From contig JALMLS010000539.1 of assembly GCA_038496445.1 (NCBI GenBank), positions 11,093 through 75,092 on the forward strand: a stretch of 64,000 bases of DNA, read 5' to 3'. Of this stretch, positions 47,959-59,673 are shown one piece after another. Every line of letters starts with the position of its first letter. The stretch's first letter is position 1. The notes below the pieces were generated by a model. The model was not told the origin of the DNA. It saw nothing but the letters and a program-made list of their open reading frames with translations, and ran no database searches. The translations under genes and the position numbers were made by a program. The DNA comes from Trichosphaerium sp. ATCC 40318. Lineage: Eukaryota; Protista; Tubulinea.

Positions 47959-48833
47959 TTAAGAGTCAGATTCAGAATCAGAATCAGAGTCATCGTCTTT
48001 CTTTTTGCCTTTAGGAGCTTCAGCGTTCTCAACAACTTGTTGATATCCTGCTTGTAGTTGTGGATCATCGAATTTTTGAAGAGAGGCACCAGTGAGGCTT
48101 GTTTTGTTCTTTCCAGCGAGTTTAGTGTACTTCCTTAACATCTTGGCAAAAGGTACAATATTCTTGCGTCCAACAGAGAAACATAATATCACTTTACTTA
48201 CTCCTTTATCACGAGGTACCAAACGGACCTTTACAACACAATGTTAGATGGCATACTAAGAGTGTTTTTAACAATAATTAACCAGCCTTACCATGTCTCT
48301 TTGGGTTGGACCTGTTGCCTTCTTTTGACCCATGACATACTTTTGATCACCGTTGAGGATGAGAGTGATACAGTGACTTGGAAAACCAATTGGGCCTACA
48401 CCAAATAAACAAACGTCTTTCTCAAGAATTACGAAGAACAGAAAAAATAATGTTTGTTTTACACTCACCTCTTTGACCACTGTAGATGATTAAGTAGACT
48501 GTTTCTGGACGTCCGCCAGGTTTATTCTCAATAAGGAGATTCATGTAACTTGTTTTGTAAGCCGCTTGAACAAGAGACATGCCTATTTTGTATCTGAACT
48601 GATGAAATGGCCAATAACCGATGGCTTGATATTCTGTCTTTCCTTTGATAGCTTTCGTTAATCTTTCGATTGTTGGTACAACTTCATGGATATTGTTTTG
48701 ATTGTAGAAAAGATCTTTGCCAATCTATTGTATCATTGGTAAACAAACACGAATATGAAAAAAAAAAAAAAAAGCAACGAAATAAAACTGTTTTACCAAG
48801 CACGTGTTGATATCTATCACGTACTTGAGTCAT
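47959..48833 (-). CDS. Hypothetical protein, ~4 exons, acidic Ser/Asp C-terminus
   Basis: Long open exon IGKDLFYNQNNIHEVV...GGRPETVYLIIYSGQR with GT-AG boundaries, ends DDDSDSDSESDS*; family not recognised. Confidence 0.55.
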
Positions 48834-49283
48834 TGTTCTTTATTGTTTGGAGGAGTTTGTTTTTGTTCTGTTGATGTGTTTGTCTTTGTGTGTAAGAGAT
48901 TATGTAGTTAAGTTGACGCAAAAAAATACTCACGTGAAGTTCACCAGATTAAGGAAAAAAAATATCACATCATCCTCATGAAAAGAAAACAAAATGATTC
49001 CCGTGATATTCCCCTGTACTCTTTAAATGAATATTAAACTGGTTTGGAGAAATCGTGTTTTATCGTGTAATTTATCACGCACATTATCTCAAAAGTCACG
49101 TGATGGCTTATATGGCGTAATTAAAGCCTAATCGAGTCCTTGAGTGGTTCAGTAGGTTCTACGTAGGTTTTTGAATGTGAAAGTTCGTGTGATCACTTTT
49201 TTGTGGAGAAGGCAAACGTTCAAAAAAACACCAAGACTAACATTGACTCATATACCTTGCGCTTAACAAAACATAAACAAAAC

Positions 49284-49309
49284 ACAACAACAACAACAAC
49301 AACAACAAC
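49284..49309 (+). repeat. (CAA)n microsatellite, probably in a 5' UTR
   Basis: caacaacaacaa... run upstream of the 49374 gene. Confidence 0.8.
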
Positions 49310-49373
49310 CTCTTAACAAGTGCGAATAGAGAATACACTTTACATTCAAAAACTAACTTGCAGCGGATAGAAA

Positions 49374-50220
49374 ATGTCTCAAAAAGAATACACTAAACTG
49401 TACAAAGAAGCCCTAAAGGACAATTTGGAAAAAGCCATCAAGTTGTTTAAGGAAACTGTTCCTAACGCTGACAAAACAGAACTTGCACAAGCGATTGAGG
49501 AGCAAAAAAAGACATTAAAGGAAAAAGGGACTGAAATCACGAAAGTGAAACCAGTTACTGACAAAGATTTCGGCCAGGCACAACGTGGAAATAAATGCCA
49601 AAAAGCTTTGATCAAATTTGGTATTGCTACTTTTCGTAAGTACCCTTCTCCCTTTGCTTTCTCTAAAAGCGTTTATCACTGACTTTATATTGTCACTTAG
49701 GTATGGTCCTGAAAATGATTGGGATTCCTGACGAGATTGCTGGCGGAGCTGCTGAGGAACTCATGAATGGAGAGGAAGATCCTAAAGAAAAGTTCAAGAA
49801 AGCTTTTTTAGCTATCAAGAAAGTACGTAAATATACATTTGGTAGCACACTAACAGTCATCTGTTTAGGCGACAAGTGAAAAAGGAAAAGCTAAAGCAAT
49901 CATTGGATTCATAAAGGCAATATCAACGAAAAAAATACTCAAAGCTCTCAAGAACCAATTCAAGAAGCACTCAAAGAAAACAAAGTAAGTACACGATCGA
50001 AGCAGTTTTTTTTTATGTTGTTGCTAATCCTTTTTGTTTCAGACTCAAATGGTTGAAATGGGGTTTGATTCTTACTGCTAAACTGGTTGCCATTTTTGCA
50101 ACTGATGGAGTCGCATTGATTGCTATGATTATATTGGCACTGTTTGATGCTGCAAAGTGGGTTACAGCTCTAAACGCTGTTAGAAAAGAATGCTTCAAAA
50201 AGAGTACAACCACTACGTGA
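49374..50220 (+). CDS. Lys-rich all-helical protein with C-terminal hydrophobic hairpin, 4 exons
   Basis: Spliced ...CQKALIKFGIATF-GMVLKMIGIP...KAKAIIGFIKAI...LKWLKWGLILTAKLVAIFATDGVALIAMIILALFDAAKWVTALNAVRKECFKKSTTTT*. Confidence 0.6.
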
Positions 50221-50885
50221 ATCAGCAAGCAACATTTTATTCAATAAAGCAATTTCCATTTACGAACAGTATAATTTCTGAGATGTGAAAAATCTCGAAT
50301 TTTCAGTGCTGGTTTGGTTTGCGTCTGGCTGTTAATTCTTACAAGAGTACGGATGCCGAATTGCTTAAAGTAGAATTTTTTTCAGCAAGAGCTTTTCGGA
50401 GAGTGCTCAGGAATAAACTAACTAACACCAACTCAGTTTGCTGTATACACAAATACACAAAGCGGTTTTGTGGAGATTAGTGAAAAGCAAGAAATTGTCA
50501 TGTGATAAGACGTCCTACGCATATTTTAGCTCAAGAATGTAGTGACTGTATTTACAGCTAAAAGTTATTTTGGTTAAACAGAGTGCGTGAGAGTAGTTTG
50601 GGTTAAAAAAAAGCGTCTGGTGGCTTCCAATGAAGCCTAACAACTTTCAATTTATCATAACCATAACGGTTATGTCGATAACCAGTTTTCTAAGACCTAT
50701 AGTTTGTCACCCGATTAGCCGATAAGAACCCATCACTACTTCGTACATAGTACCAAGGTGTCACATGCACAAGACTAGAGCATTTGTTGTGACAATATCA
50801 CGGAACTGCGGTCCAAGCTTTTCAAGATAATTTACGCGCTTTACCAAATCTCATTTGGGAACATAAAAAATAGAATTCATAAATT

Positions 50886-51552
50886 ATGGTGTTGTACTCT
50901 CTGGTTGTTGTATTGGCGTGTATTGGCTGTATGATTAAAGGACAAATTACAGATGTCAACGACGCAAGTAATATTTGCCAACAAAAGCACGTGATACTAC
51001 GAAACTTACGTTATAATATAACTGTGATTTAGTGGCCACTTTAGGTACAGACTACTATTACACATGTAATAACCAAAACATAGGAGATGTCGTGTTTCTG
51101 GAAGATACAGTGATTGTTGTTGGTTCTAACTCATCAATCTCAATAGGAGGATGTCCTATTTTTAAAGACAACATAGTCGTTGATACAACTGCAGTGAGTA
51201 TTGACTCGTTGACATTGATGAACTTTAGAGATGATTGCGTAATTGATACACAAAACATATCACTTTCAGACATGAACTCATGTTTTAAACAAAGTGCGTA
51301 ATAACAACAAGTTGAAAGTGTTTCCTAACCTTCTCCCAAACAGTTGGAAGTTTATTTGTCTTATTTTCTTCATCCTGTTCAACACAATCAGACAGTGGCA
51401 CTGATTTTCCAGTGTTATCAGTAGTGATAGCAATTATAGTTGTAGCTATTCTTGTAATTTTGATATTGGTGTTGACATTGATCATTCCATCAGGCGAGAG
51501 CACATTTATCCTTACAATTGGTCAAACCATTCAAAACGAAAAAGGAATGTAG
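50886..51552 (+). CDS. Small type I membrane protein, similar in layout to the juxtamembrane domain of the 3772-6859 gene
   Basis: Signal peptide MVLYSLVVVLACIGC; SSISIGGCPIFKDNIVV; TM VVIAIIVVAILVILILVLTLII. Confidence 0.55.
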
Positions 51553-52121
51553 TATCACAATAAATAGAAACGACATAAACACTTTTTGTGTACCTACATT
51601 ATTATTATGTTTCTCTTTGTTTATCCTCAGAAGCTTACAGATGGTAGGACAACAGCTTGGGATCTAGTCTAAAAACTATGACAACAACTTACCTGAATAT
51701 GTCTTTTAGTGTTAGTTAAGTAGTAATAATAGAAGCTATGTCACCATCACGTGTTACAACTGTTACAACAATAGTTTGATCATCATCAACATACGTAACA
51801 GGACGTACCTAATCCTTAAACTTGGCTACTAAAAACTTGGGTTTCGGTACCAACAGAAGTACGCATGTGACGAGACTGGTATGCACGAAAACTTAGCATC
51901 GTGGTGGCTCGAAGAAGCCTAGTAAGTTGTTAAGATTAAAGCATGCGCCAACCATCAGTAGTATACCTGTTACACTGTAAAGCTGCAAAAAACCAACTTA
52001 CGTAGTAGATAATTTCTGGCTTAGCCCTTTGGTAATTAAAGACACCTTTATAACAGGTAAAGAGAACTCCGTTTCTTTATTTCTTTTTTTGTACAACACA
52101 AATACTCTATTATACAATGAT

Positions 52122-54162
52122 TTAATCATCGTCATCATCAAAGCTTGAACCTATTGAGAAAGTAAATAAACAAAAATCAAGCAAGACAAGAAAAAAAAAA
52201 CTTGGTTCAATGAAAAATATTTCACGTACCCTTTTGTTGCTGTTGTACTGTAAGTGCTCTCTTAGTATCAAGCCACTTAAGTTCCCAATCAATTTCACGT
52301 TGCTTAGCCATTGGATCGCTATATTGCCAATGTCTAAACTCAGTTGGCATTTCCTCTGGTTGTCTAAAATCGGTAGGGAATGGTGAAGGGAAAATATTAG
52401 GCCTGTAAAGGCAATCAGATACTTCAACCCAACTTCCTTTTGGTCCAGGGATACTTCCTTTTACATATAATATATTTTTCTTGACATTCACTTTAATCAA
52501 CTATAAAAACGAAGGTGAGATACAACACAAACAAGAAAAAAAGAAAAAATTAAGAAAACCAAACAAATGGATAAACACAACTCATCACACAGTGATGCCA
52601 CATGCGATCTATACATGAAAATTTTACAGCATACATAGGTATCACACAATGTGTAGAGACTCATAAGGCCTTTCTGGATTGAAAAAAAAAAACTTCCGGA
52701 AAAAAGTACCTTAATATGAGTCATTCTCTTTCCAACACCTCCATCATGTCCAGCCATACGTTTACCTTTCCATACTTTACCAGGCCACTGACAAGCACCA
52801 ATACCACCGACTGCACGATGAGTTTTGGATACACCATGAGTAGCACGTTGACCGCTCATATTATGTCTTTGCATAACACCTTGAATACCAAAACTCTTGC
52901 TAACAAAAAAAGTTAACAATTTCCTTGAAACCAACAAAAAGCTGTAGTTTTCGCATTACTGAAATAAAGTAATTTCAAAAAAGCTTCAGATATCAAACAA
53001 GTTCCACATGACGCTCTCCCGAGCTTCGTGTCACTGATTTTCTCATCATTAGCATTTGGTTTTTGTCAAAATCCAAATCGTTATGCATGAATAGCGTTTT
53101 GAAGAGGTTTCAAAAAAACAAAAATTCTTTGTCCTTCATTCTAACGTACGTTATGCCATATACATCTAAAAATTGTCCTGCTCTAAAGTGATTTGCATTA
53201 AGCTCTGTGCCAACAGGTACAATAGCATCTTGTGTAACAGGGAACTCACGAAGCAACTTCTTAGGTTCAATACCAGTTCTTTTATATTGTCCAAGAACGG
53301 CCTTATTCATCCTCTTAACATTACCAACACCAGCTCCAATCTGAACAGCTGTATACCCATTATTATGTTCAGTTCTTATTTCTGTTACTTGATTTCCTTG
53401 AACGGAAAGAAGAGTACAAGCTAAGAAGCGATTAATAAGCGTCTTACAAAATGACAGAATTATTTGTTTAAAAACCGCTAAAACAAGCGTTCTTGACATT
53501 AAATTGAGCCGAAATGGCGTCAGCGTTGGTTTTTATTGAAATATTTGTAACACGTACGCGTTGGTTTGCCCCACCAGTCCAATTCTGTTTTCATACCAAT
53601 TTTCTTGGCGATAAGGCCTACACGCCTCTGTCTCTCTGATTTCCAACCAGTGTTCTGCAATTGTATTTAAAAAATGTCACAATGAAAACAAAAAGCTTTT
53701 GAAAGCAATATACAAGCCATCACGTACGTAGTCATCAAACTTACCGCCTTCACATTGCCATGCTTGTTTTCTTATGCGAAGACGTAGTGTATCTTCCTTT
53801 TCCCACCTAGTCACATCCTCAGCTGTATAACCTGACTTCTCCAAATGGTCTTCCCATTCTACAAGCAAATTAGTGAGTCTGACATTGTAAACACCCTCAA
53901 GGCGCTCAGTAACGCTTAAGAGTGTTAATACTTGCTTCCAATAGCACTAAGATAAAAAAATGTTTGCTGCTATACGCAACCCTGACTTCACGCATTCACG
54001 GCATGTATTCGTACCTGCGGTGGAGATAAGCATCATTTTTGTAGGACCAATAGGCTTTCCAGATGGAAACTGCGCTCGTTTCCCTTTACCACCACGCGTG
54101 TTGTTTCTGGCTTCGTGAAGCATAGGCGAAGAACGCATGTATAATGCCATACGCGCCGCCAT
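52122..54162 (-). CDS. MRPL3: Mitochondrial ribosomal protein uL3 (nuclear-encoded), multi-exon
   Basis: [55 protein letters not shown]...[16 protein letters not shown]...[26 protein letters not shown]; Arg-rich N-terminal presequence. Confidence 0.92.
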
Positions 54163-54299
54163 TATGATCCACAAGCGACAATTTAAAGGGGTGTGAGTGT
54201 ATTGATTGTGGTAGCGCTGAAGAACGAAAAAAACCGCGACATTTGGTCAAACAGCGTCTATTCTTGTGTGGACATAACGTATGCCTTACACACTAAAAT

Positions 54300-57043
54300 A
54301 TGGAATTTGAGAGTGCATCTGTGCGCACAGAATCCAGAACTACTGCTTCAAAAAGTGCGTTTTGGCTGGGTTGCGCCTGGCAATCCTATATAAAGGAATG
54401 CGGTAAAAAGGCGTACTGGTAAGCCATTTAATGGTATTATTCGCCAGCTTAAAGCGTTTTAGGTCATCGGTTGGTTTGGCCCCTACCAATCCGGGTAAAG
54501 AGTGCTGTTTGCCCCTATTGCCCTAACGTTACTAGAGTTCCGAAAAATATTTAGGGAAAAGTACAGAGGAGGTGTTGTGTTTTGGACGGGCAAAATAAGC
54601 AAAATACAGCAAGCAGTGACCTATAGAAAGTCATCACAGAAAGTAATTGTGGCAATGACGCCTCCTGACAGAAAGGCATGCTCTAATTAGTTAAAACAGC
54701 GTTATTTCTAACTAGAGCGTTAAAGGAGGGCGATATACGCCTCAGCGTGTCATCTGATACCGTAACTTCGAAATTTGAGTGCGGATCTACTATCATGTTT
54801 CTTGTGCGTGTAGAATATCATCATATCGCTTATGATCTCGATTTTAACGATAAATTTAGGGTTGTCTCCAAAAGCAAGGCGGAAAATTGACTCCACACCA
54901 CATGCATTGTATAAACTACACTATCATTGACAATGATAACATATCAGACGCTCAAATGAACGCTCGCATTGTACGTGTCGTCACCTATCGATCTTTTTTT
55001 TTCAGTAAAATTCGCTTATCGGTTTACCTACAGGCTCTATGTATGTTTGATTTCATAGGCCCTGAGTGGGATTATTTTAGTAAGCTAGAACGCGTTGAAA
55101 TGGACCGTTACGTGTGCGTGCAAACACGTTTTTTTTTGTAAATTCTTTTGAAGCGATTTTCCGCAATTCCAAAAAAACAAACCATAGATGTCTACAGATA
55201 TCTCTTATATTGGTGGATGTAATGTATATATGTCGGTTTAATTTATTATTAGGGGTACGCTTGTTATGTGGCAAGGGTTAGTCGCTCAATCGGTTGTACA
55301 TGAACACGACACTATCGTGAAGTTATCGATGGTTCCAAAACTTTGTGAGATTTCAAGTTTTACAAGCACTAATTCTACTCTTCTAACACATGATGTGTTA
55401 CTTACTGTTCCTAATGCGAGTACGCATAATGGTTTATAGTTTATTACTGGTTTAAGAAGAGAGCAATCGATTTTTTTGATTTTCACTAAAAATTTATGTG
55501 GTTTGACATTTTTGTGCTTTAGAGATGATAGAATTGGCTGATGGAGACTCTGTTCATTTCCTAGCTACCGTACAGAGCGTCACAAACCAACAATATGGTA
55601 GTTTGGAATTAACATTAGACTGTTTTTGGGATTTTGAACAGACTTACGAAGAGGCAACAAAAAAAGCACACAAGACTCGACCTAGGCTACGGTTTAAAGA
55701 TTATTATGCTGATAAGTATGTGTACACGTTAGAAATAACTGTTGTATAGCTGTTTTAGCGTTGTTAATGTATTTTAGGGCGCAGTATGATTTATACGCTT
55801 CAAAGTATCTTGGTCATCATATCAGAGCTAAAGGGCGTGTTGTGGGGAAGATACCGCCAAATGTAATTGAAATAACACCTTTTAATGTACGTTCTCGACA
55901 TATCTTCGAGGTTTTAAGTAATCGCTAAAATACTGTACCTTAGTCTGACAGAGAAGAACTGCTAGACATGACACTGCGTTGTCTACTGCCAGAACATAAA
56001 CGTGACCTATCACTATTTTCTATAAATGATCTGGTGACTTGTTCAGGTACGATGAAAAGTTCTGGAATGCTGAGATATTGCTTGTTGTTAAGTTGAGGTT
56101 TTTTTTGGTTTACTAAAATGATATGAGTAGGAGTGTTACGGCCTGTTGAGGGATATGTTATTGAAGGAGTTCATGTAAAGGATATAAATAGAGTTAGTAC
56201 ATTCTCTTCAGTGAGTATGATGTATGCTGATTCTGAGTACGGGCTTCGTGGTCGTGAGTCGTTATTTAAAAGTTTGGTATGTGGTTACTTTTTTTTTCTT
56301 TCGCTATTTTGTACTTATTTCTTTTTAGAGTGCTGAAGTTCCTATGCAAGTTCCCGGCGATCCTGTTATAGCTAATAAACGTCCTAAAAGACATAGATCT
56401 TTATCGAAGCCAGTAAGGGCAAAAGGTGATATTACCTCAGCATCGAAGAAGAAACGGACTCCTTTTGGTTAGTTTCTCATGATATTACGTTTTTCTAGCT
56501 TGATAGTTCAGAGGATTTGTTGATTTTTTCTTAAATAACTGGCTAATAATTTATGTAGGCGGTATAAGACGTTTTGGAAAAGGAACGCAGCAACAGTATC
56601 CGTTATTGTCAGTATTTGTATTTATGGTTCTTTTTCTTACAATTTACTGGTATTCTCCAACACCTTTTTACCGATTTTTGGGTATGTCATGTCACCACTC
56701 TTCAAGCCTTTTCACTGGGCTGTCCCTGATGTTAACGTATTCTAAATAATGTATTTGTTTAGGTCTGGCTGCTATATGTAATGTTTGGTGGATATCAGCT
56801 TTGTGGAAAGGATTTCTTGAGATTCCTATTTTATTCTTAAAATTTTTATACCCTGAGACAGCTTATGATGATGTTTATACAAAAGCGTCTAAAAAAGCAT
56901 CCAATTTATTAAGTCTTATATGGTCTTTTCTTAGTAATTCTTGGAAGTTGGTTCTTACTATTTTTTTTGTTGCAAATGTATTTATCATTGCTTATGTTAT
57001 TGCTGCAAGTTTGGGTAATAACGTGGCAACACCAAAATTGTAA
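54300..57043 (+). CDS. Membrane protein with tandem OB-fold-like repeats and C-terminal TM helices, many exons
   Basis: WQSYIKECG...FREKYRGGVVFWTGKISKI; LADGDSVHFLATV; SKYLGHHIRAKGRVVG...FSINDLVTCSGVL; hydrophobic exons ~56590-57015. Confidence 0.5.
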
Positions 57044-57486
57044 AAGGTATTTAAGAAAAAAGTTGTAAAGTATTAACAGAAAAAAAAGAAGATAAATAAA
57101 AACCTTGTAAATAATACCACCGCTAGTGAAAATGTGATGGCTATCATTTGAGCCATTTGGCTGAACAAACAACCTTGTAAATACGCTACATCTCCTTTTC
57201 TACGCATATTAATAATAAGCGTAGCACTTTTATCTTGTATGAAAGTTTGGTGGGCACTATGCCCAGAAATGTGTTATTCACATTGTTTTCTTAGCTTTCT
57301 CATTCATCTTGTCTATATTGTAGATGTTGTACATGCTATAAAGTACGTTTTTTAAGACCCAACGCAGGTACCATACAATTTCAAAGCACGTGCCATTCCT
57401 ATAGTCAACGACCCTAAAATTTTAGTAAAGAATAGTTCTGATCCATCAAAAACTAATGACAGTGGCTGGAGGGTTAACCTTATGTA

Positions 57487-58031
57487 TTAGGCTTTATTAC
57501 AGCATCCACACTTGCTACAAGTAGACCACAAGCGCCAAGTGTTTGAACCGTAACCAAAAACTTTCTTAGCACAGTTAAGGTTAGCACTTACACCACAAGG
57601 AGCAGAACCTCCGTTACAGTCATTCCAGTTTACAGTATTGATTTGCCATAATCCAACGTCTGTGCTTCCATTGCTGTTACCGTTCATAGCGTTTGCGTTA
57701 CCACCACTTTCTGCTTTAGCGATACACTCACAACACGCTTGGCTCCATCCAGTGTATTGTCTACATTGGCTACAGAGAAGGCAAAAGTCAAAAGAAAAGT
57801 TTTTTTTATCTTTTTGGTGTTTACAGTTTAACCGTACGTTGAAATATCCACGTAGTTCGATGAGGTACCACAAGGGCATGATGTACATCTACCACCAGGA
57901 CAGTTACCCTAAATTATGGTCATTCACGTGGGTTTATTAGGAATGGAGTTAAAGAAGGCTCGTACGCCGCAAGTGTCGCATAGGATCGCCACAGGAAGGG
58001 CTAAAAAAAGTAAAGCGAGAACAGGAGACAT
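57487..58031 (-). CDS. Secreted Cys-rich lysozyme-like protein (c-type lysozyme/SLT-like fold), 3 exons
   Basis: Signal peptide MSPVLALLFLALPVAILC; CIAKAESGGNANAMNGNSNGSTDVGLWQIN (catalytic ES and GSTD.GLxQIN); NLNCAKKV; WRLWSTC. Confidence 0.88.
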
Positions 58032-58269
58032 TGTCATCGAGAATAGAATTTTTTTGAGCAATGTCTTAACCGCACTGTTAAGGCAGAGGATGTGAATCAA
58101 TAAAGCAGTAGCAGAAGAAAGAGACCGCGTATTCCTGTTTCTCTTCTTTTAAACAACTTTATTGGATTGCGAAACGATCAAAGAGTTCACTTATGATGTG
58201 TTCTTAACTTACATGTTTTGGAGTGCGCTGCGTTACCTACCATGTACTTCTTTTTAGAAGTAATAGTGC

Positions 58270-59211
58270 TTAGATATCAGAAATCATTTGAGTGCTTCTA
58301 CTCAGTAATCTTATACAACGGTTGCTGACACGTGTACCAAAAACGTTAATTTTCTTTGCACCAGCTAAATCAGAAATACTTGAGTCTGTGACATTCGTAT
58401 GACTAACGTTAATAGTATGTACACCAGATAAAGCTCTTACTCCTTTATCACCAACCTTAGTATTCGTAAGATCAATAAAATAAACACCACCAAGAGCCGA
58501 TACACCCTCATCTCCAACAAAAGTATGACAAAGCCATATAGTATGTACACCAGCAAGCGCCTTGACTCCCTTATCGCCAACGTAAGTATTCTTCAAATTA
58601 ATAGAATGCACTCCAGCAAGAGCAGCAACACCATCGCCTACCCTTGTATATGAAAGATTAATCTTATGAACACCAGCCAAGGCACCAAGTGAATCATCAG
58701 ATATATGTGTACTACTAACGTCTAATGTATGTACTCCTCTTAAAAATCGAAATCCGTAGTCTCTTATACCACCACATGCTTTTAGACTTACTGTATGTAC
58801 GCCTTTCAAGTGCCTAATGTCTTCACTTACTATTCTAGTACAATACGCAAGGTTTATCCTTCTTACATCTTTAAATAATTTCAAACTCTTTCCGGTCAAT
58901 GTTGTCTGATAACTCATGTCTATTGAATGCGCAGTACGTATATACTTGAATTGCTTCTTTAGTTCACCGTATATACGTATATGTGTTGTTTGGAAACTAC
59001 AGGGGCATTGTTTGCTGAATTTTTTAACTTCTTTTGGACGTAGCATGATTATTCTGCAGTTTTTGTTGTACCCTAAATGTCTTTTCGCTATCATAGCTAT
59101 TAGTGTGCATGTACGCGTTATAACGCTCATATAATTTGTATCTAGGTATCCTAATATCATAACGATCAGTTCTATTGGTAAAAACTCAAAAAACGGAGTC
59201 TCGTTGTCCAT
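58270..59211 (-). CDS. F-box + LRR protein, intronless
   Basis: FEFLPIELIVMILGYL...RTCTLIAMIAKRHLGY; repeats LAGVHxIxLxxTxVGDxGVxA. Confidence 0.88.
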   Translation of the reverse strand: MDNETPFFEFLPIELIVMILGYLDTNYMSVITRTCTLIAMIAKRHLGYNKNCRIIMLRPKEVKKFSKQCPCSFQTTHIRIYGELKKQFKYIRTAHSIDMSYQTTLTGKSLKLFKDVRRINLAYCTRIVSEDIRHLKGVHTVSLKACGGIRDYGFRFLRGVHTLDVSSTHISDDSLGALAGVHKINLSYTRVGDGVAALAGVHSINLKNTYVGDKGVKALAGVHTIWLCHTFVGDEGVSALGGVYFIDLTNTKVGDKGVRALSGVHTINVSHTNVTDSSISDLAGAKKINVFGTRVSNRCIRLLSRSTQMISDI

Positions 59212-59673
59212 TAATGTTTAATATACGTTTATATCTCTTCAAACAATGTTCGATCACGTGAATTTGTACAAATAATGTTGAATTTACAGTGACTGAATCG
59301 ATTCGTTACATTAAACGGCCACGATTTTCAATAATAGATAATCGAGGTCTACTCATAGGTAAAACGAAGTAACTAGCGCCAACTGTTTTTTTTTCCGAAT
59401 TGTCACCCTTTTTTTCTGACAAAAACTAACGCAAGTTATTTGCATGTGTCAGCGTTGATAGCATAGTTTCTCCTTAGATAACGACCGTTGCAACAATCGA
59501 TTAAGGCTAGCACGTGCCAAGTGTCATTCCATAAATTGCGCTGATATACGTGCAATAACTTTACTGTAATGTTGTCTGATGTTTTTGCAGGGCGCGATTT
59601 AGAGTTGCAGTTAAGGCTTGTTTTGGAACTTCTTAAGGAAACTTGCGTGTTATTGTTGAACGGTTCTCTAACC

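Noticed and set aside
54010-54045. MLISTAGT as a bL33-like motif suggesting an L33-L3 fusion
   Set aside because: The GT part runs into a probable intron donor (gtacga) and no other bL33 motifs follow
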